32,000 nucleotides of DNA from Candidatus Brocadia sp. (GCA_021650915.1 CP091279.1:1800001-1832000), one strand, 5' to 3'; positions 1-8,640 are shown, numbered from the stretch's first letter. The notes: generated by a model from the sequence alone, not told the origin. Numbers and translations: made by a program.

Positions 1-367
1 CAGGAAACATCAGATGCATAAAGAATACTATGAATGCCCCAGAGAGATTATGGATAAAATAAAAGAAACGAAAGGACATCGGCATCGTGTAATCGCTGTC
101 GGAAGTACCTCGTGCCGTGTTCTGGAGTCCGTTGCCATGCACAACGAAACTCCCCAAACCTCCGGCTGGACAAATCTCTTTATTTACCCACCGTATCATT
201 TTCGGTATGTCGATGTTTTGCTTACCAATTTTCACCTTCCCAGAACCACTTTACTAGCGCTGGTTTGTGCCTTTGCGGGAAGGGAAAACATCTTAAACGC
301 CTATGAAATAGCAAAAAACAAAGGTTACCGCTTTTTCAGCTACGGTGATTGCATGATGATCATGTAG
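1..367 (+). CDS. queA: S-adenosylmethionine:tRNA ribosyltransferase-isomerase (QueA), C-terminal part; the 5' end lies upstream of the window
   Basis: The frame is open from the window edge. The C-terminal motifs TNFHLPRTTLLALVCAFAG and YRFFSYGDCMMI match the conserved QueA C-terminus. Confidence 0.85.
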   Translation, partial: RKHQMHKEYYECPREIMDKIKETKGHRHRVIAVGSTSCRVLESVAMHNETPQTSGWTNLFIYPPYHFRYVDVLLTNFHLPRTTLLALVCAFAGRENILNAYEIAKNKGYRFFSYGDCMMIM

Positions 368-457
368 TATGAATTCACCGTCACCAAAATAGATTGACAC
401 ATAGGTTATTGATAAAAAACCGACGTCGTTTCACCACATTTTACCTTTCATAGTTTT

Positions 458-2227
458 ATGGCAGAAAAAATTACAGCGGGAAAACCGACCGTTTCTTTGT
501 CATCCAATGCCCGATTGGTGCTTGAAAAAAGATATTTAAAAAAGGATATTTCCGGACGAACCGTTGAATCACCAGAAGAGATGTTCCGCCGGATCGCAAA
601 AAACATCGCATCCGTGGATTTACTTTACGACAAAGGGGCTGACATTGTATCGCGGGAAGAACAATTTTATACCCTTTTGGCGTCCCTCCGATTTCTGCCA
701 AACTCCCCGACCCTGATGAATGCAGGAAGAGACCTGCAACAGCTATTTGGATGTTTCGTGCTCCCCATCGAAGATTCGGTAGAAAGCATCTTTGAGGCCG
801 TCAAACAAGCGGCTTTAATCCACAAAAGCGGAGGTGGCACCGGCTTTTCGTTTTCGCGCATTCGACCAAAAAATGACACGGTAAGTACTTCTGGTGGTCG
901 CGCCAGCGGTCCCATTTCCTTCATGAAGGTCTTCAATGAGGCAACTGAGGCTATTAACCAGGGAGGTTTCCGGCGCGGAGCAAACATGGCGGTATTGCGG
1001 ATTGATCACCCAGATATCCGCGATTTCATTACTGCAAAACGGGTCGAAGGGGTATTAACCAATTTTAATATCTCCGTCGGTATTACTGATGTATTTATGC
1101 AGGCCGTAGAAAAAAATGAAGCCTTTCCGTTGATCAATCCCAGAACAAAAGCAGTTGCAACGACTGTAAACGCAAGAAATCTTTTTGAACAAATTGTACA
1201 TTCTGCATGGGAAAATGGGGAACCAGGCATCCTGTTTCTGGATACCATTAATGCCGCCAATCCGACGCCGGCTCTTGGAGAAATCGAAGGAACAAATCCC
1301 TGCGGAGAACAACCGCTGTTGCCGTTTGAGGCATGTGTCCTGGGATCTGTTAATCTCTCCAGGATGACAAAACGAAAGGGAAAAACCTATGAAATTGATT
1401 GGGATCGCCTTGCAAATACTACCCGTCTTGCAGTGCATTTTCTCGATAATATCATAGACATAAATAAATATCCTTTACCCCAAATCGAGCATCTGACAAA
1501 GGGCAATCGGAAGATAGGTCTCGGAATCATGGGACTTGCTGATTTGTTTATCAAACTTGGTATTTCATACAATTCCGAGAAGGCTATTCAATGCACCGAT
1601 GAAGTCATGCGCTTTTTTTCTCAGAACGCAAATGACGCCTCTGTCAAACTTGCGGAAGAGCGTGGCACCTTTCCGAACTATCAAAAAAGCATTTATGCCG
1701 CGAGACATGCCCCTCATTTTAGAAATGCGACACGAACTACGATCGCACCAACCGGTACCATCAGTATCATCGCGCATTGCTCCAGCGGTATTGAACCTGT
1801 CTTTGCCGTTGCTTATACCAGGCACGTTCTGGTAGAAGGCGGATTGCCGGAAATACATCCTATTTTCAAACACCTTGCAAAGACAAGGGGGTTTTATTCA
1901 GAAAGGCTGATGGAGGAAGTCTCAAGGGAGGGATCTCTAACAAATATTCACGAGATACCAGAAGATGTAAAAAAAATATTTATCACTGCGCGGGAGGTTT
2001 CTCCGGAGCATCAGGTAAAAATTCAGGCGACATGTCAAAAATACATTGATAGCGGTGTATCAAAAACCATTAATTTCTCAAAAGAGTCCACGGAAGATGA
2101 TGTAAGAAATGTGTTCTTATTAGCTTATAAAAACGGGTGTAAGGGAATCACGGTATATAGAAACAAAAGCCGTGTGTCACAAGTTCTTTCCGTTGAGTGT
2201 ACTTGTACAAAAGAGCTGATAAAATAA
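458..2227 (+). CDS. nrdJ: Class II (adenosylcobalamin-dependent) ribonucleotide reductase
   Basis: 589-aa ORF with the active-site motif TNPCGEQPLLPFEACVLGSVNLS, an ATP-cone-less N-terminus typical of short NrdJ, and a C-terminal CxC (ECTCT) redox tail. Confidence 0.9.
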   Translation: MAEKITAGKPTVSLSSNARLVLEKRYLKKDISGRTVESPEEMFRRIAKNIASVDLLYDKGADIVSREEQFYTLLASLRFLPNSPTLMNAGRDLQQLFGCFVLPIEDSVESIFEAVKQAALIHKSGGGTGFSFSRIRPKNDTVSTSGGRASGPISFMKVFNEATEAINQGGFRRGANMAVLRIDHPDIRDFITAKRVEGVLTNFNISVGITDVFMQAVEKNEAFPLINPRTKAVATTVNARNLFEQIVHSAWENGEPGILFLDTINAANPTPALGEIEGTNPCGEQPLLPFEACVLGSVNLSRMTKRKGKTYEIDWDRLANTTRLAVHFLDNIIDINKYPLPQIEHLTKGNRKIGLGIMGLADLFIKLGISYNSEKAIQCTDEVMRFFSQNANDASVKLAEERGTFPNYQKSIYAARHAPHFRNATRTTIAPTGTISIIAHCSSGIEPVFAVAYTRHVLVEGGLPEIHPIFKHLAKTRGFYSERLMEEVSREGSLTNIHEIPEDVKKIFITAREVSPEHQVKIQATCQKYIDSGVSKTINFSKESTEDDVRNVFLLAYKNGCKGITVYRNKSRVSQVLSVECTCTKELIK

Positions 2228-2317
2228 ATCTTATACAGCCTTTTCACCGCTTATCACATACAAAAACGCCTCTATCTTTTTTCATGCAAAACCCAGATTT
2301 GCCCTCAGAAAATCCCC

Positions 2318-2758
2318 TCAGCATTTCAGTCTTTCTTTTAGATATCCTTGTACCTTTTTACCATCGACTTTGTCTCCGTGTTTACCCATGATGAGTTTCA
2401 TTGCCAGACCCATCTCCTTTGCGGTATATTTATTCGTTTCAATGACTTCGTTTACGATCTTCCGGATTTCATCATCTGATAATTGTTTCGGCAGGTATTC
2501 CTCGACAATTGCAATCTCTCCGTCCAACTCCTTCACTTTTTCGGGCAGATGCAGTTTCTCATACTCCTCACGGGATTTCTTTAATTTCTTACAGTACCCA
2601 CGAGCAACGTCCACATAGTCAATTTGGTCATTAGGCTTCCCTGACGTATCTGCAATCTTAATATCGGCAAGGATCATGCGCAGTACCGATGTCCTTAATT
2701 TGTCCTGTGCCTTCATGGCGCTTTTCAATTCTTCCGTTACCCGCTCTTTCAGATTCAT
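2318..2758 (-). CDS. GatB/YqeY domain-containing protein
   Basis: 146-aa ORF. The N-terminus MNLKERVTEELKSAMKAQDKLRTSVLRMILADIK and the overall length are typical of the YqeY family. Confidence 0.85.
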   Translation of the reverse strand: MNLKERVTEELKSAMKAQDKLRTSVLRMILADIKIADTSGKPNDQIDYVDVARGYCKKLKKSREEYEKLHLPEKVKELDGEIAIVEEYLPKQLSDDEIRKIVNEVIETNKYTAKEMGLAMKLIMGKHGDKVDGKKVQGYLKERLKC

Positions 2759-2760
2759 AG

Positions 2761-2946
2761 CTATTCCTCTTTAAATGAATATCCTCCAACTTTGTGCCCG
2801 CAGTTCGGGCAATACAAGGGAGTGCCCTCATAATATTTTCCACAATACTTACACGGCGTCAGAATTTCTATTTGTTTACCTTGCCTTGTCCTCATAATCA
2901 GATACACCGGTAAAACAACAATCATGAGTAAAAAAACCCCCATCAT
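2761..2946 (-). CDS. Small membrane protein with a C-terminal zinc ribbon (CKYC...CPNC)
   Basis: 61-aa ORF with an N-terminal TM helix (GVFLLMIVVLPVYLIM) followed by CxxC-x10-CxxC. Its stop lies 2 nt before the YqeY start, and its start overlaps the stop of an upstream micro-ORF. Confidence 0.55.
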   Translation of the reverse strand: MMGVFLLMIVVLPVYLIMRTRQGKQIEILTPCKYCGKYYEGTPLYCPNCGHKVGGYSFKEE

Positions 2947-3017
2947 CTTTTTTTTGCATCAGCATATACCCAGACGGCGACTGCCGCTGCAATAAGTAAT
3001 CCGATAAATCTCATCAT
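2943..3017 (-). CDS. 24-codon single-TM micro-ORF (MMRFIGLLIAAAVAVWVYADAKKR), translationally coupled to the zinc-ribbon ORF
   Basis: Found by manual translation (below the ORF-track size cutoff). AAGGG lies 9 nt upstream of the ATG. The TGA stop overlaps the downstream ATG (AGATGATGG). The peptide has a hydrophobic core and a basic tail. Confidence 0.3.
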   Translation of the reverse strand: MMRFIGLLIAAAVAVWVYADAKKR

Positions 3018-3047
3018 ACCATTTGCCCTTTCAAAAATACTCGTGAA

Positions 3048-3075
3048 ATATAACACATGCAAGGTATCCAGTCAA
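3048..3075 (-). promoter_or_regulatory. Candidate sigma70-type promoter for the micro-ORF/zinc-ribbon/YqeY operon
   Basis: The minus strand reads TTGACT, a 16-nt spacer, then TTATAT, with a TG just upstream of the -10. It lies about 30 nt upstream of the micro-ORF ATG. Confidence 0.35.
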
Positions 3076-3124
3076 ATAATTATCCCAGGAATATCCGCAG
3101 CAGAGTATTCCGGGAAAATTACCC

Positions 3125-3152
3125 TTGAAAGAATTACTTCTTTTAGTACAAT
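3125..3152 (+). promoter_or_regulatory. Candidate sigma70-type promoter for the small redoxin gene
   Basis: TTGAAA (3125-3130), 16-nt spacer, TACAAT (3147-3152). An AGGAG Shine-Dalgarno at 3191-3195 follows. Confidence 0.4.
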
Positions 3153-3202
3153 AACGCTGTTAATGATTTTTTAACCTTTCTTATACCTTAGGAGACTTGC
3201 CC

Positions 3203-3394
3203 ATGAAATACCTTTACACCGCTGAGGACTGTCCAAAATGTGAGACTTTAAAGAAGAAATACCGGGCAGAAGGAATACGATTTGTTGAAAGAAATGCAGA
3301 CCGTATTAAACAGCCTGAAGATGAAATTGACCAGGAGGCTTTAGTGCAGGCCTCGATGCAAAATATGGAACTGCCCGTCGAGGTAAACGCCTGA
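3203..3394 (+). CDS. Small glutaredoxin-like / thioredoxin-fold protein (CPKC active site)
   Basis: MKYLYTAEDCPKCETLKKKY...; the CxxC follows a beta1-like N-terminus and the protein is about 63 aa. AGGAG lies 7 nt upstream of the ATG at 3203. The ORF-track start at 3197 is a TTG with no spacing to the SD. Confidence 0.6.
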   Translation: MKYLYTAEDCPKCETLKKKYRAEGIRFVERNADRIKQPEDEIDQEALVQASMQNMELPVEVNA

Positions 3395-3396
3395 GA

Positions 3397-4155
3397 TTAC
3401 GACTTAACCAGTCCCCAGCGTTCGCGTATGTGTCTCTCTACTTTGATAAAAAACAGCCGATCGACTAAGATCCCAATCAAGATAATTACCAGCATAACGG
3501 CAATGACCTGGCTCATGTCATTGAGTTCTCGGCCAAGCATCAAGAGGTGCCCCAATCCGAGACATACAATTAACAATTCGCCCGCCATTAACGAACGCCA
3601 GGCAAAGGACCAGCCTTGTTTCATCCCTATAATAATATGCGGAAGGGCAGCCGGAATAATCACCTCGAGATACAATTTCCATCTTTTTGCCCCCATGGTC
3701 TTCGCGGCGCGAATATAGAGCGGGGGCACATTTTTTACGCCGGAATCGGTCCCGGTTGCAATCGAAAGCACCGCACCCATAAAAACCAAAAATATAATTG
3801 CCTTGTCATTTAAGCCAAACCAAAGCAAGGAAAGCGGCAACCAGCAAATCGTCGGCAAGGTTTGTAATCCGGATATCAGAGAACCGAGCGTATCTTCGAA
3901 AATACGGAATCTCCCAATAAGCAAACCTGCGAAAATACCAACACCAAGAGAAATCCCATAGCCGATGGCAATCCTTTTCATACTGATTGCAACTCCGATC
4001 AGCAAGCTGTAATCCTGAAATCCATTCACCAGCGTTTTACCCACCGAAACAGGAGAAGGAAGGACGTATTCCGGCCATATCCCCAACCAAAACAGCAGTT
4101 GCCAAAGACCCGCAAGCAAGGTAAAAAAAATTGTCCTTTTCAGCATGCCGTACAT
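3397..4155 (-). CDS. ABC transporter permease, NitT/TauT (nitrate/sulfonate/bicarbonate) family
   Basis: Multi-TM protein with an EAA-loop-like region (AAKTMGAKRWKLYLEVIIPAALPHI). The preferred start MYGML is at 4155, 2 nt after the ATPase stop, with GGGAGG upstream. The longer ORF-track start (4206) lies inside the ATPase gene. Confidence 0.85.
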   Translation of the reverse strand: MYGMLKRTIFFTLLAGLWQLLFWLGIWPEYVLPSPVSVGKTLVNGFQDYSLLIGVAISMKRIAIGYGISLGVGIFAGLLIGRFRIFEDTLGSLISGLQTLPTICWLPLSLLWFGLNDKAIIFLVFMGAVLSIATGTDSGVKNVPPLYIRAAKTMGAKRWKLYLEVIIPAALPHIIIGMKQGWSFAWRSLMAGELLIVCLGLGHLLMLGRELNDMSQVIAVMLVIILIGILVDRLFFIKVERHIRERWGLVKS

Positions 4156-4157
4156 TT

Positions 4158-5099
4158 TTAAATGCCTCCCCCAATATCCGTTTTTGCAGGCTCTACCGAT
4201 GTGCATTTGATATCACATTCCACACACGAATCTGCATCCATCTCACACTTCACCACCTTATCAATTTCGGTCTTTAATTCCTGCATAATCCTCGTTGAAT
4301 ATTCTGCCACATTTACATCGTTGTCATCGCGGGGTCGTGGTAAGTCTATAGCAAACTCCTTCTTAATTTTGCCGGGTGAAGTGGAAAGGATAAAGATGCG
4401 ATCTGCCAGACATACGGCCTCGCGAATATTATGGGTGACAAACAGGATCGTCTTCTTCGTCTTCATCCAGATATTCTGCAATTCGTAATGGAGTATCCAT
4501 CTCGTCTGCGCATCTAACGCAGAGAAGGGTTCATCCATTAAAAGCATCTCCGGATTCATTGCAAGCGCCCTTGCTATTGCCACGCGCTGCTTCATACCAC
4601 CAGAGAGTTCATGAATATGGGAGTTTTGAAATTTCGACAGATGAACCATCTTGAGATACTCAAGAGCAATATTTCGTCGCTCCCTGCCGTTGACACCCTT
4701 CAGTTTTAAACCAAATTCAACATTTTTTATCACATTGAGCCACGGAAAGAGGGCTGCTTCCTGAAATATAACGACCCGGTCCGGCCCGGCGCCCTGAATT
4801 CTGCGACCATTAGCCCATACCTCACCAGAATCTGCCTTTTCCAACCCCGCAACGATATTCATCAGGGTAGACTTCCCGCACCCCGATGGTCCTACAAGAC
4901 ATACAAATTCCCCCTGGTTAATTTCAAGGTTGATGTCTTCCAGCACATACACCGTCCCATTTTTTGACTGAAATGACTTTGATACATGCTGAACACATAA
5001 ATCCGGTTTCGCGCCACTTGCCTTTGACATCCCCCGCCCGCTATCAATCTTTACATAATCCAACTCAATCAGGTTGTCAACTCCAACGCTTTCTGACAT
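4158..5099 (-). CDS. ABC transporter ATP-binding protein, NitT/TauT family, with N- and C-terminal extensions (Cys-rich tail)
   Basis: Walker A GPSGCGKST, signature LSGGMKQR, Walker B LLLMDEPFSALD and an H-loop VTHN. GGGAGG lies 9 nt upstream of the ATG at 5099. The extra C-terminal tail contains C-x6-C-x2-C-x3-C. Confidence 0.9.
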   Translation of the reverse strand: MSESVGVDNLIELDYVKIDSGRGMSKASGAKPDLCVQHVSKSFQSKNGTVYVLEDINLEINQGEFVCLVGPSGCGKSTLMNIVAGLEKADSGEVWANGRRIQGAGPDRVVIFQEAALFPWLNVIKNVEFGLKLKGVNGRERRNIALEYLKMVHLSKFQNSHIHELSGGMKQRVAIARALAMNPEMLLMDEPFSALDAQTRWILHYELQNIWMKTKKTILFVTHNIREAVCLADRIFILSTSPGKIKKEFAIDLPRPRDDNDVNVAEYSTRIMQELKTEIDKVVKCEMDADSCVECDIKCTSVEPAKTDIGGGI

Positions 5100-5119
5100 T
5101 GATTCCTACCTCCCAAAAC

Positions 5120-6178
5120 TTACATTCGGTACTCTTCACTTACCTGAGGCAAAGACCGCTCTTTCAGCACTTCATTAAGCAATTCCAGGTCGATCAGACC
5201 CGATATATCAAATTTCTGACTTCCTAAAAACCCCGCATTATATGCCATTTCTGCATATGATACCAGGGACGGAACGATGGGATCATATGTAGCTTCCAAC
5301 GTTGAGAACGCATCATTCATCACTTCTTCAGGAAGAGACACACCAGAAAGAGCCTTGATCTCTTCACCAATAATTTTCCTTGCCTTTCTTGAATGTTGAT
5401 GGATCCATCGTGTTATCTTCACATGGGCAGCCAACCACCGTTTGACGTAATCAGGATGGTTTTTTAAAAAATCAGTTCTCACAATCATCAGCGTTGAACT
5501 AAACCGTCCCTCCTTCCACAAATCTCTCTCATCAAGAAAAACCTTTCCATCTGCCTGCCTGATAATTCTTGATCCCCAAGGCTCAGGAACCCATGCCCCA
5601 TCGATTTGCTTCCTCATAAAAAGGTTTAAAATATCAGGATTACGCAAAGGGAGAATATCAATCGTGCCCCCCTTTTCCTTCGGCTTCAAACCGAAATTTC
5701 TGATATAGCCACGGAAAGCAATATCCTGTGTATTTCCCAGCTGAGGGGTTGCAATCCTCTTTCCGGCAAGATCCGTAGCCTCTTTTATATGTGAGTCTTT
5801 TCTTACAACAAAGAGAGACCCACCGCTTGCCGCACCAGCAATTACCTTCAATGCCTTTCCACCTGACCGTACATAGCCGTTTATAGCCGGACTCGGCCCA
5901 ACACATGCGATGTCTATGTCTCCGGAAAAAACAGCTTCAATAAGAGACGGTCCTGCATTGAAAAGCGTCGTCTTTATCGTAACCTTTGGACCCAGATACG
6001 CCGCAAAGGTACCTTCAGCTATTCCAACGACCACCTGGGCGTGGCTTATATTAGGAAAATATCCGATTCGAACAGCAGAATTATCGACACTTTTCGAACA
6101 ACCAACACCACAAGCCATAAAAAGACACAGCATCAATAGACCAACCCACATCCTGAGCATTTGGATCATATCTTTCAT
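5120..6178 (-). CDS. ABC transporter substrate-binding lipoprotein, NMT1/THI5-like (NitT/TauT family)
   Basis: 352-aa ORF with a signal peptide and lipobox (LCLFMACGVGCS). The periplasmic binding-fold sequence is typical of SsuA/TauA/NrtA-like SBPs, and the gene sits in an operon with the ATPase and permease. Confidence 0.85.
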   Translation of the reverse strand: MKDMIQMLRMWVGLLMLCLFMACGVGCSKSVDNSAVRIGYFPNISHAQVVVGIAEGTFAAYLGPKVTIKTTLFNAGPSLIEAVFSGDIDIACVGPSPAINGYVRSGGKALKVIAGAASGGSLFVVRKDSHIKEATDLAGKRIATPQLGNTQDIAFRGYIRNFGLKPKEKGGTIDILPLRNPDILNLFMRKQIDGAWVPEPWGSRIIRQADGKVFLDERDLWKEGRFSSTLMIVRTDFLKNHPDYVKRWLAAHVKITRWIHQHSRKARKIIGEEIKALSGVSLPEEVMNDAFSTLEATYDPIVPSLVSYAEMAYNAGFLGSQKFDISGLIDLELLNEVLKERSLPQVSEEYRM

Positions 6179-6226
6179 AAAACACTATAAACTCTACAAT
6201 ATTAGTGGATAATTATAAAAAATTTA

Positions 6227-6685
6227 TTAAATAGTGTAGGTTAATACACCGCTTTCCTTGCTTTCAATCGATTCCTTGACACGGTTACACATATCCGCAA
6301 AGGTCATTCTATCCAATACATCCGTTATCGCATTTCGAATGTCAATCATTACACCGCGTATCACACAGGTAACCTCTTCCGAGCATGGTTTATATGACAT
6401 TTTGCTAACACAATCTAGTGGTGCAATCGCCCCATCAAGCGCACGAATTACTTCTCCAAGGGTTATCAAATCAGGCGACCTCGCAAGTTCATAACCACCT
6501 TTAAGACCAATCTTGCTATTCAAAATACCTACCTTTCTTAAGATAAGGAGAATATTTTCTAAAAATTTTTGCGGTATCCTTTCATTTGTAGAAATTTCCT
6601 TAATCTGGATAGCCCCTTTCCTATAATTCATCGATAGATAAATCATCGCACGCAAGGCATAGTCGCTTTTTTTTGAGAGCTTCAT
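6227..6685 (-). CDS. Rrf2 family transcriptional regulator (IscR/NsrR-like, probable Fe-S binding)
   Basis: The N-terminal wHTH MKLSKKSDYALRAMIYLS...IPQKFLENILLILRKVGIL is the Rrf2 hallmark. Three clustered Cys are present: C92-x8-C101-x5-C107. Confidence 0.9.
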   Translation of the reverse strand: MKLSKKSDYALRAMIYLSMNYRKGAIQIKEISTNERIPQKFLENILLILRKVGILNSKIGLKGGYELARSPDLITLGEVIRALDGAIAPLDCVSKMSYKPCSEEVTCVIRGVMIDIRNAITDVLDRMTFADMCNRVKESIESKESGVLTYTI

Positions 6686-6742
6686 ACCCTTTTCTCTGTC
6701 TTTTATATAATCTATATAGAATTAATAGATATTTATGGGACA

Positions 6743-6770
6743 ATGATAACACGATTACCACGAATGTCAA
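6743..6770 (-). promoter_or_regulatory. Candidate promoter of the Rrf2/ABC operon
   Basis: The minus strand reads TTGACA (6770..6765), a 16-nt spacer, then TATCAT (6748..6743). An AT-rich 10-bp palindrome TCTATATAGA (6711-6720) lies between this promoter and the Rrf2 ATG. Confidence 0.35.
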
Positions 6771-6778
6771 CTATTTTT

Positions 6779-8434
6779 TTACATTGTTTCCGCTGCCTTA
6801 ATAATGGTTTTATCCAATGCAGTAAATTTTTCCGCATAATCGACACGCTCACATCGTAAGTCAGAAACTTGATTTATAATACTATTTATATCATAAAACT
6901 TTTCGACATTATATTTCGCTATATCCATACCGTCCACAAACGTGGGCACTTCGAGGTTCCAATATTTATCTTTATCCCATTTACTTGTACCACGCACGAT
7001 ACCGCGGATAATCGCCGCCATTTCAGGGATTTCTATCCGTTGCACCTTGCGTTTAAACACCTTCGCGCCGTTTGGTTGATTTTCAATTATCTCCCCCATG
7101 CCACCGGTATTGAGCTGATAACACCAAACTTTTCCCTCATGCCGTTTCACAAAATCATAGAACCAATTCCCTTCATATGCTTTATCCCCAATAATAAATG
7201 GATTGGTACCCACTTCACGGATTGATTCTCCTGCACGCTTTGGATCACCTGCTGACGTTTCAATCGACTCGCCTAACATAAAGGTTGCTGCTGCTTGTTC
7301 AGGTGTCAGCCTGGCAGCAAGCGGCACTACAGTGTGACGACGGGTAATAAAAGCAACAATCAGCCCATCCATATCATTGACAGGAGGCAAATTAATGCTA
7401 TTTGAAATGTACGGACCCAAATCCTCCCGCATCATAATCCCTCGCCCATTACTGGTCAAGGTATCGTCTTCAAAATAGACGTTTCCTTCATAATCGATCA
7501 TCACGTTCTCAAAAATAGCGTCACGGGATGTTGCTGCTTTATAGATAATTGGCTGGGTAACGGGATCGAGCCCTTCTGTCTTCAAATAGAATCCGCGTTC
7601 AGAGCCATACGCAGACCCATCTTTTCTGAGAAATACGACATCATCCTGAAGTATCTCAACACCTTCGTCCTTATCATTTAACCCATGCGTATGACAGGTA
7701 TGCGTTGTCTTTCCTGTGCCACTCATCCCAAAAATAAGCATTCCGTATCTTCTGGGACGGCCGTCAGGTCCTCTTGCTTTTAAAATCTTCGACCCCGCAT
7801 GCAAACCAAGCATTCCGCGCTGCTTGGCATCCCACATAGCCATTCTCAGGAACCCCTTCTTGGATTCGCCATAATAATCAGTGCCCAAAACAATGGTGGT
7901 ACTGATCTCCGGGAAAACCAGAATCTGTCGTTCTCCTTCCTGCCACTCAGGAATGTACACAATATACTGTTTCGGAGCACCTTCGGGCCTGACAGGAAAG
8001 AGTGTCGCCCACGTCATGTAAGCAAGACGAATCATTTCGGGTCTCTGGATGGAAACAAAAATATTGCAATTCGGTGAAAATTCACTATTATCACCCATGG
8101 TTCGGTTAACCCAAACCATGGGCGCACGCTTAACGTATTCCTCAAGGGTCGTTAAAGTTCCGAGAAGATTATTCATAATCTCCGCTTGTTGTGAGTTAAG
8201 TTTTTTGTGACGAACAGCATCGCTTCCCACATAAACGGTCACCTTCGCACTGCGGTTTTTTACGGTAGAATGGACTGCCACGTTCCCAAACTTCGTTAAT
8301 GACGCAAATCGTTCTGCACCCGTGCGTAACGTCCAATCCCGATAATGAATGACATTCTGGGCACCCTTTAAGTATTCTATCATCCGGCTAACTACCTGAA
8401 ATTCTTTCGTGGGCGAAGTCATTGCTGTTGACAT
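6779..8434 (-). CDS. pckA: Phosphoenolpyruvate carboxykinase (ATP)
   Basis: 551-aa ORF with the kinase-1a P-loop FGMSGTGKTTHT. The length and overall motif order are those of ATP-dependent PEPCK. Confidence 0.9.
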   Translation of the reverse strand: MSTAMTSPTKEFQVVSRMIEYLKGAQNVIHYRDWTLRTGAERFASLTKFGNVAVHSTVKNRSAKVTVYVGSDAVRHKKLNSQQAEIMNNLLGTLTTLEEYVKRAPMVWVNRTMGDNSEFSPNCNIFVSIQRPEMIRLAYMTWATLFPVRPEGAPKQYIVYIPEWQEGERQILVFPEISTTIVLGTDYYGESKKGFLRMAMWDAKQRGMLGLHAGSKILKARGPDGRPRRYGMLIFGMSGTGKTTHTCHTHGLNDKDEGVEILQDDVVFLRKDGSAYGSERGFYLKTEGLDPVTQPIIYKAATSRDAIFENVMIDYEGNVYFEDDTLTSNGRGIMMREDLGPYISNSINLPPVNDMDGLIVAFITRRHTVVPLAARLTPEQAAATFMLGESIETSAGDPKRAGESIREVGTNPFIIGDKAYEGNWFYDFVKRHEGKVWCYQLNTGGMGEIIENQPNGAKVFKRKVQRIEIPEMAAIIRGIVRGTSKWDKDKYWNLEVPTFVDGMDIAKYNVEKFYDINSIINQVSDLRCERVDYAEKFTALDKTIIKAAETM

Positions 8435-8518
8435 GGTAATTCCCCTTATCTACGGAAAATGAGTATTATTCCAAATGCCTCCGAAACAAGCACAACAAAT
8501 CTGGCATAAAATTTCCTG

Positions 8519-8546
8519 ATTATAATAAAACTAATCGTTTATGCAA
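8519..8546 (-). promoter_or_regulatory. Candidate pckA promoter
   Basis: The minus strand reads TTGCAT (8546..8541), a 16-nt spacer, then TATAAT (8524..8519). This implies a leader of about 78 nt to the ATG at 8434. Confidence 0.45.
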
Positions 8547-8611
8547 ATAAAAACGGAGACGCACATTATTTATTTCACAAAGCGTTAACAGTAAAAAAAT
8601 CGGTTAAACCC

Positions 8612-8640
8612 TTGAAACTACAGCATGCATAGCATATATT
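8612..8640 (+). promoter_or_regulatory. Orphan plus-strand sigma70-like promoter with no annotated gene downstream
   Basis: TTGAAA (8612-8617), 17-nt spacer, TATATT (8635-8640). The next plus-strand structure is the palindrome at 8881-8926. Confidence 0.35.

Noticed and set aside
368-457. Possible B12 riboswitch or NrdR box upstream of nrdJ.
   Set aside because: Only about 90 nt are available, which is too short for a cobalamin riboswitch. There is no B12-box-like core, and I could not find the NrdR-box palindrome (acaCwAtATaTwGtgt-like). A TTGACA is present but lacks a well-spaced -10.
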